Positions 60,330-64,000 of a stretch of 64,000 nt of DNA are shown here, piece after piece (position 1 is the first letter of the stretch; each line of letters opens with the position of its first letter). Under the pieces are notes generated by a model. It had not been told where the DNA came from. It saw only the letters and a program-made list of their open reading frames with translations, and did no database searches. The translations under genes and the position numbers were made by a program. This stretch comes from Moniliella sp. 'wahieum'. Its lineage: Eukaryota. The stretch is from positions 1 through 64,000 of the forward strand of contig RSEE01000010.1 in NCBI GenBank assembly GCA_003971905.1, written 5' to 3'.

Positions 60330-63300
60330 ATGGCGGCGCCCACTCTGCGTCCGCTCCTACACAGCCGCCGCCGCGCCGCCCGCCCGTCCACCCTGCGCCT
60401 CCTCAACACCGACAAGCGCGATGCGCTGCGTGCGCTCGAGCACGCCGCCCAGCAGCGCTGGGAGCGCGAGCGCCTCTTCCAAGTGGATGCCCCCCCCCCG
60501 GCGCTGCGGACGACAAGGGAAAGTGGTTTGGCACCGCCCCCTACCCTTACATGAACGGCCGTCTGCACCTCGGCCACGCCTTCAGCTACAGCAAAGTCGA
60601 GTTTGCTGCTGGCTTTCAGCGTCTGCTGGGCAAGACGACTCTGTTCCCCTTTGGCTTTCACGCCACCGGCATGCCCATCCCTGCCGCTGCCGACCGGCTC
60701 AAGCACGAACTTGCGTCCTCGTCCGATACTTCCGCCTCTGACGCCGCGCCCGCCCAGGGCGCAATGACCCAGACTCGCATCCTCGAAGGCATGGGCATCC
60801 CAGCGTCCGAGATTCCTCGCTTTGCCGATGCGCGCCATTGGCTCACGTACTTCCCGCCCCTGGCTGAGCTTGACCTACGCCAGCTCGGGTGTCGGATCGA
60901 TTGGCGCAGATCCTTCCTTACAACGGATGCCAACCCGTACTACGACAGTTTTGTCCGCTGGCAGTTCAACCGTCTGCGTGCGCGGGGCCGCATCCAGTTT
61001 GGGGCGCGCTACACCGTGTGGAGCGCGCGCGACGGGGGCGCCTGCCTTGATCATGATCGGTCCGTGGGGGAAGGGTTGGGGGTGACAGAGTACACTGCCA
61101 TCCGTCTACCACTGCTTGCGTGGCGCGCATCAGCCCCTACCCAGGTCCAGCACTTGGACCGGCCCGTTGTGCTCGTCGCTGCCACTCTTCGGCCCGAGAC
61201 AATGTACGGACAGACCAATGTCTTTGTTGGCCCTGAGATTGAGTATGGCTTGTACCAGGTCAAGGACGAGCTGGTGGTTGCGACCGACGCTGCGATGCGC
61301 AATATGGCTTTCCAAGGCCTGACGGGGCTCGAGCGCGGACAAATGCCTCCCATGGTAACACGCGTGCGTGGAGCCGACTTGGTGGGCGCTGTGGTGGAAG
61401 CTCCGTTGAGCGTGCATGGCAAGGTGCACGTCTTGCCCATGGATTCGGTGCGTGCCGACATGGGAACGGGCATCGTCACCTCGGTTCCTAGTGACGCTCC
61501 GACCGACTGGGCTCAACTCTTGCACCTTCGTGCTAAGCCCGAGCACTATGGTATTGACCCTTGCTGGGCCCAGCTGGATCCTGTCGATGTAGTGCATACC
61601 CCCTCGTATGGCACACGGACTGCCGCGCTTCTGGTGGAGAAACTCAAGATCAACTCGCCCCGCGATGTGCACCTGCTGGAAGAAGCCAAAGATTTGGCGT
61701 ACACCGAAGGCTTCCATAAGGGTACCTTGGCCGTTGGTCCCTACAAGGGTATGCCAGTCCCCGACGCACGCCCGTTGATCAAGGAAGAACTTGTCCAAGC
61801 CGGCCAAGCTTTCCCCTATGCCGATCTGGAAGGCACGATTGTCAGTCGAAGTGGGGATGTGTGTGGCGGCGCTGGTGGACCAATGGTTCCTTGACTATGG
61901 CGCCGAGGACTGGAAAGCCAAAGCCCGTCTGGCACTGGACCAAATGCAAACGTACGCGGCGGATACACATGCTGGGTTTGTGCATACGATCGACTGGTTG
62001 CGCGAGTGGGCGTGTGCACGCTCGTATGGCCTCGGTACCCTCCTCCCCTGGGACAAGCGGTATCTGATCGAGTCCTTGTCGGATAGCACGATCTACATGG
62101 CCTACTACACGGTCGCCTACCTCTTGCAGGGGCACACGCTTGCGGGCCATGGGTCGGGGCGAGAAGGAGAGGCACCGGGTCCCCTTGGTATTCGCCCGGA
62201 AGACATGACGGACCAAGTGTGGGAGTACATCTTTGCCGACGGTCCTGTTCCCGAGGGGAAAATCTCCGTGGAGGCACTGGACCGCCTCCGAAGCGAGTTC
62301 CGCTACTGGTACCCTGTTGATCTCCGGAGCAGCGGCAAGGATCTGATTGGCAACCACATGACCTTCAGCCTCTTTACGCATGCCGAGATGTTCCCGCCGT
62401 CTCAATGGCCGAAAGGAATGCGGGCCAATGGCCACCTCCTGTTGAACGGAGAAAAGATGTCCAAGTCCAAAGGAAATGCACTGACGCTGGGACAAGGGGT
62501 GGAAAAGTTTGGTGCGGATGCTATGCGCCTTGCTCTTGCTGACGCCGGGGACGGCATTGACGATGCCAACTTTGAAGAGCAACAAGCCAATGCCAACATT
62601 CTGCGTCTGCACACGTTGATGGAATGGGCCACGGCGAGCACGGCCGGCCAAGGGGCCGGGATGAGGCAAAGCCGTCTCACGCCCCCGTTGGAGCGCGAGG
62701 CTGCATTCTGGGACGAATGTTTCCAAGCCGAGATGGATTTATTGACCACGCTAGCCCACCAGGCATACACCGACTGCCTGTACCAGCAGGCCAACAAGGC
62801 GGCGTGGTATGGGATGCTCGGCGCGCGGGATGCGTACCGCGATGCGGTGACGGGGGCAGGAGAGCAGGCTGGACCAGGTATGCGAGCCGACTTGGTTCAC
62901 GCCTGGATTGCCCGCTTGGCCATTGTGGCTTCGCCCATCATCCCTCATCTGGCCGAACACCTCTGGAGTGACGTTCTGGCGCGCCCGACCAGTATCCAGC
63001 AGGCTCGCTGGCCCTTGGTGCCTCTCCATGGGCCCGAGGCTGCGCATCGACGAGCCGTGCTGGCCCGGCTCTCCTTTGTCCGTGCGGTGACGCGCCAGGC
63101 TCGTCTGCTCTTTACCAGTCCTATGAAAGAACGTCTGGGCCTCGACCTGTCCCAGCCGACGGAGCTGGTGGTGCTCTACGCGGCCGAAGTCCCCAGGTGG
63201 CAACGGTCGGTAGTGAGTGTTCTTGGCAAGCACGTCACGGCCCAGGGCACCTTGGACGCAGCGGCGGCTAAAAAAGACTTAGGTCGCCAGGGCTTGCTAC

Positions 63301-63665
63301 GGGATAAGCGGGTTCATGCGTTCCTTACTCAACTTCAGGTATGTCCTTGTCGCTTTTGCCTTTTCGCATTTTTCTTAGGCGCAGCTAACACGACACCAGA
63401 CCACCGTCGCAACGTACGGGCCCGACGTACTGCACGAGGTGGAGGAAGGAAAAAATACGCTCGATGAAGGTACAACGCTCGAGACGGTGCGTGCCTACTT
63501 GATGCGCCAGCTGTCGGTCGCCCGCGTTCGTCTGCTGCCAGTAAAAGACGACCGTGTTTGTCCCGAGGACGGGGAGCGGTAGATGCTACGATCGAGGCGC
63601 AGAGCAAGCGCGCACTCCCCAGTCAGCCAGTAGTGATCGTGCAACATCTAACCAAAACCAAATGA
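60330..63665 (+). CDS. CDC60: Leucyl-tRNA synthetase, eukaryotic cytosolic type; intron 63339-63399 (frameshifted in assembly)
   Basis: YPYMNGRLHLGH; FHATGMPI; DWRRSFLTTDANPYYDSFVRWQ; ATLRPETMYGQTN; IESLSDSTIYMAYYT; DLRSSGKDLI; KMSKS. Confidence 0.95.
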
Positions 63666-64000
63666 TGCATCTTACGCCGTACGCAGTCAGCGGCTAGTAG
63701 CACGTACCCGAGATGCGTAGGCCGCCACTTTCCTGCCAGGCTGACTGAGACTTGTGTAGTGCGCACCTTGATCCGCTCCACCTCTTGGGCAGGTGGAAGA
63801 GCAGCGATGGTGCGAAGGCGACATAACATGAGGCAAGGTCATCAAGCTTGTGGGCCTTCGGCAACTAGCGGGCTTGCGCACTATACTTCTGCGTAACGCA
63901 CGTGGGCACGTGGGACAATCTCTTTCGTCCTCGGCCAGAGGCAGACGCACCACCCTGGTCCCTCCCGACAGAGGAACAGTGGGAGGCAACGAGGGTAAAG

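Noticed and set aside
24127..63665. Frameshifts in G-alpha, DUS3, MRPS5, SPC105, UFD4 and LeuRS as pseudogenisation or programmed frameshifting
   Set aside because: They hit most long genes, including essential ones, as single-base indels while motifs stay intact. Unpolished assembly error is the simpler explanation.
63623..64000. 3' end of a convergent minus-strand gene
   Set aside because: Short ORFs at the window edge with no recognisable domain.

Overview
Eukaryotic, GC-rich fungal DNA, most likely basidiomycete: GTACGT/GTATGT...GCTAAC...YAG introns, intron-containing tRNAs, and fungal-type Spc105, Ufd4 and Dus3. Most long conserved genes are broken by single-base indels, which points to an unpolished assembly rather than pseudogenes. 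The left half (1-35 kb) is accessory-like. It holds degenerate Cys-rich fragments, a complete young Ty1/copia LTR retrotransposon (9503-15363, minus strand, CCAGC TSD), a TALE homeobox gene, an unknown gene, a G-alpha gene and a ~4 kb-period duplicated block with a C2H2 zinc-finger gene family. The right half (35-64 kb) is housekeeping: DUS3, MRPS5, an unrecognised repeat protein, a small intron-rich gene, tRNA-Ile(AAT), SPC105/KNL1, UFD4, RPL26, tRNA-Lys(CTT) and a cytosolic-type leucyl-tRNA synthetase. Two signals stand out. (1) Intergenic DNA is full of in-phase concatemers of 7-bp odd palindromes xy-TNA-y'x' with variable arms, suggesting a structure-defined duplication or footprint process. 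(2) The copia element has an in-frame UAG between gag and pol followed by a strong stem-loop (candidate stop-codon readthrough), and no canonical primer-binding site.
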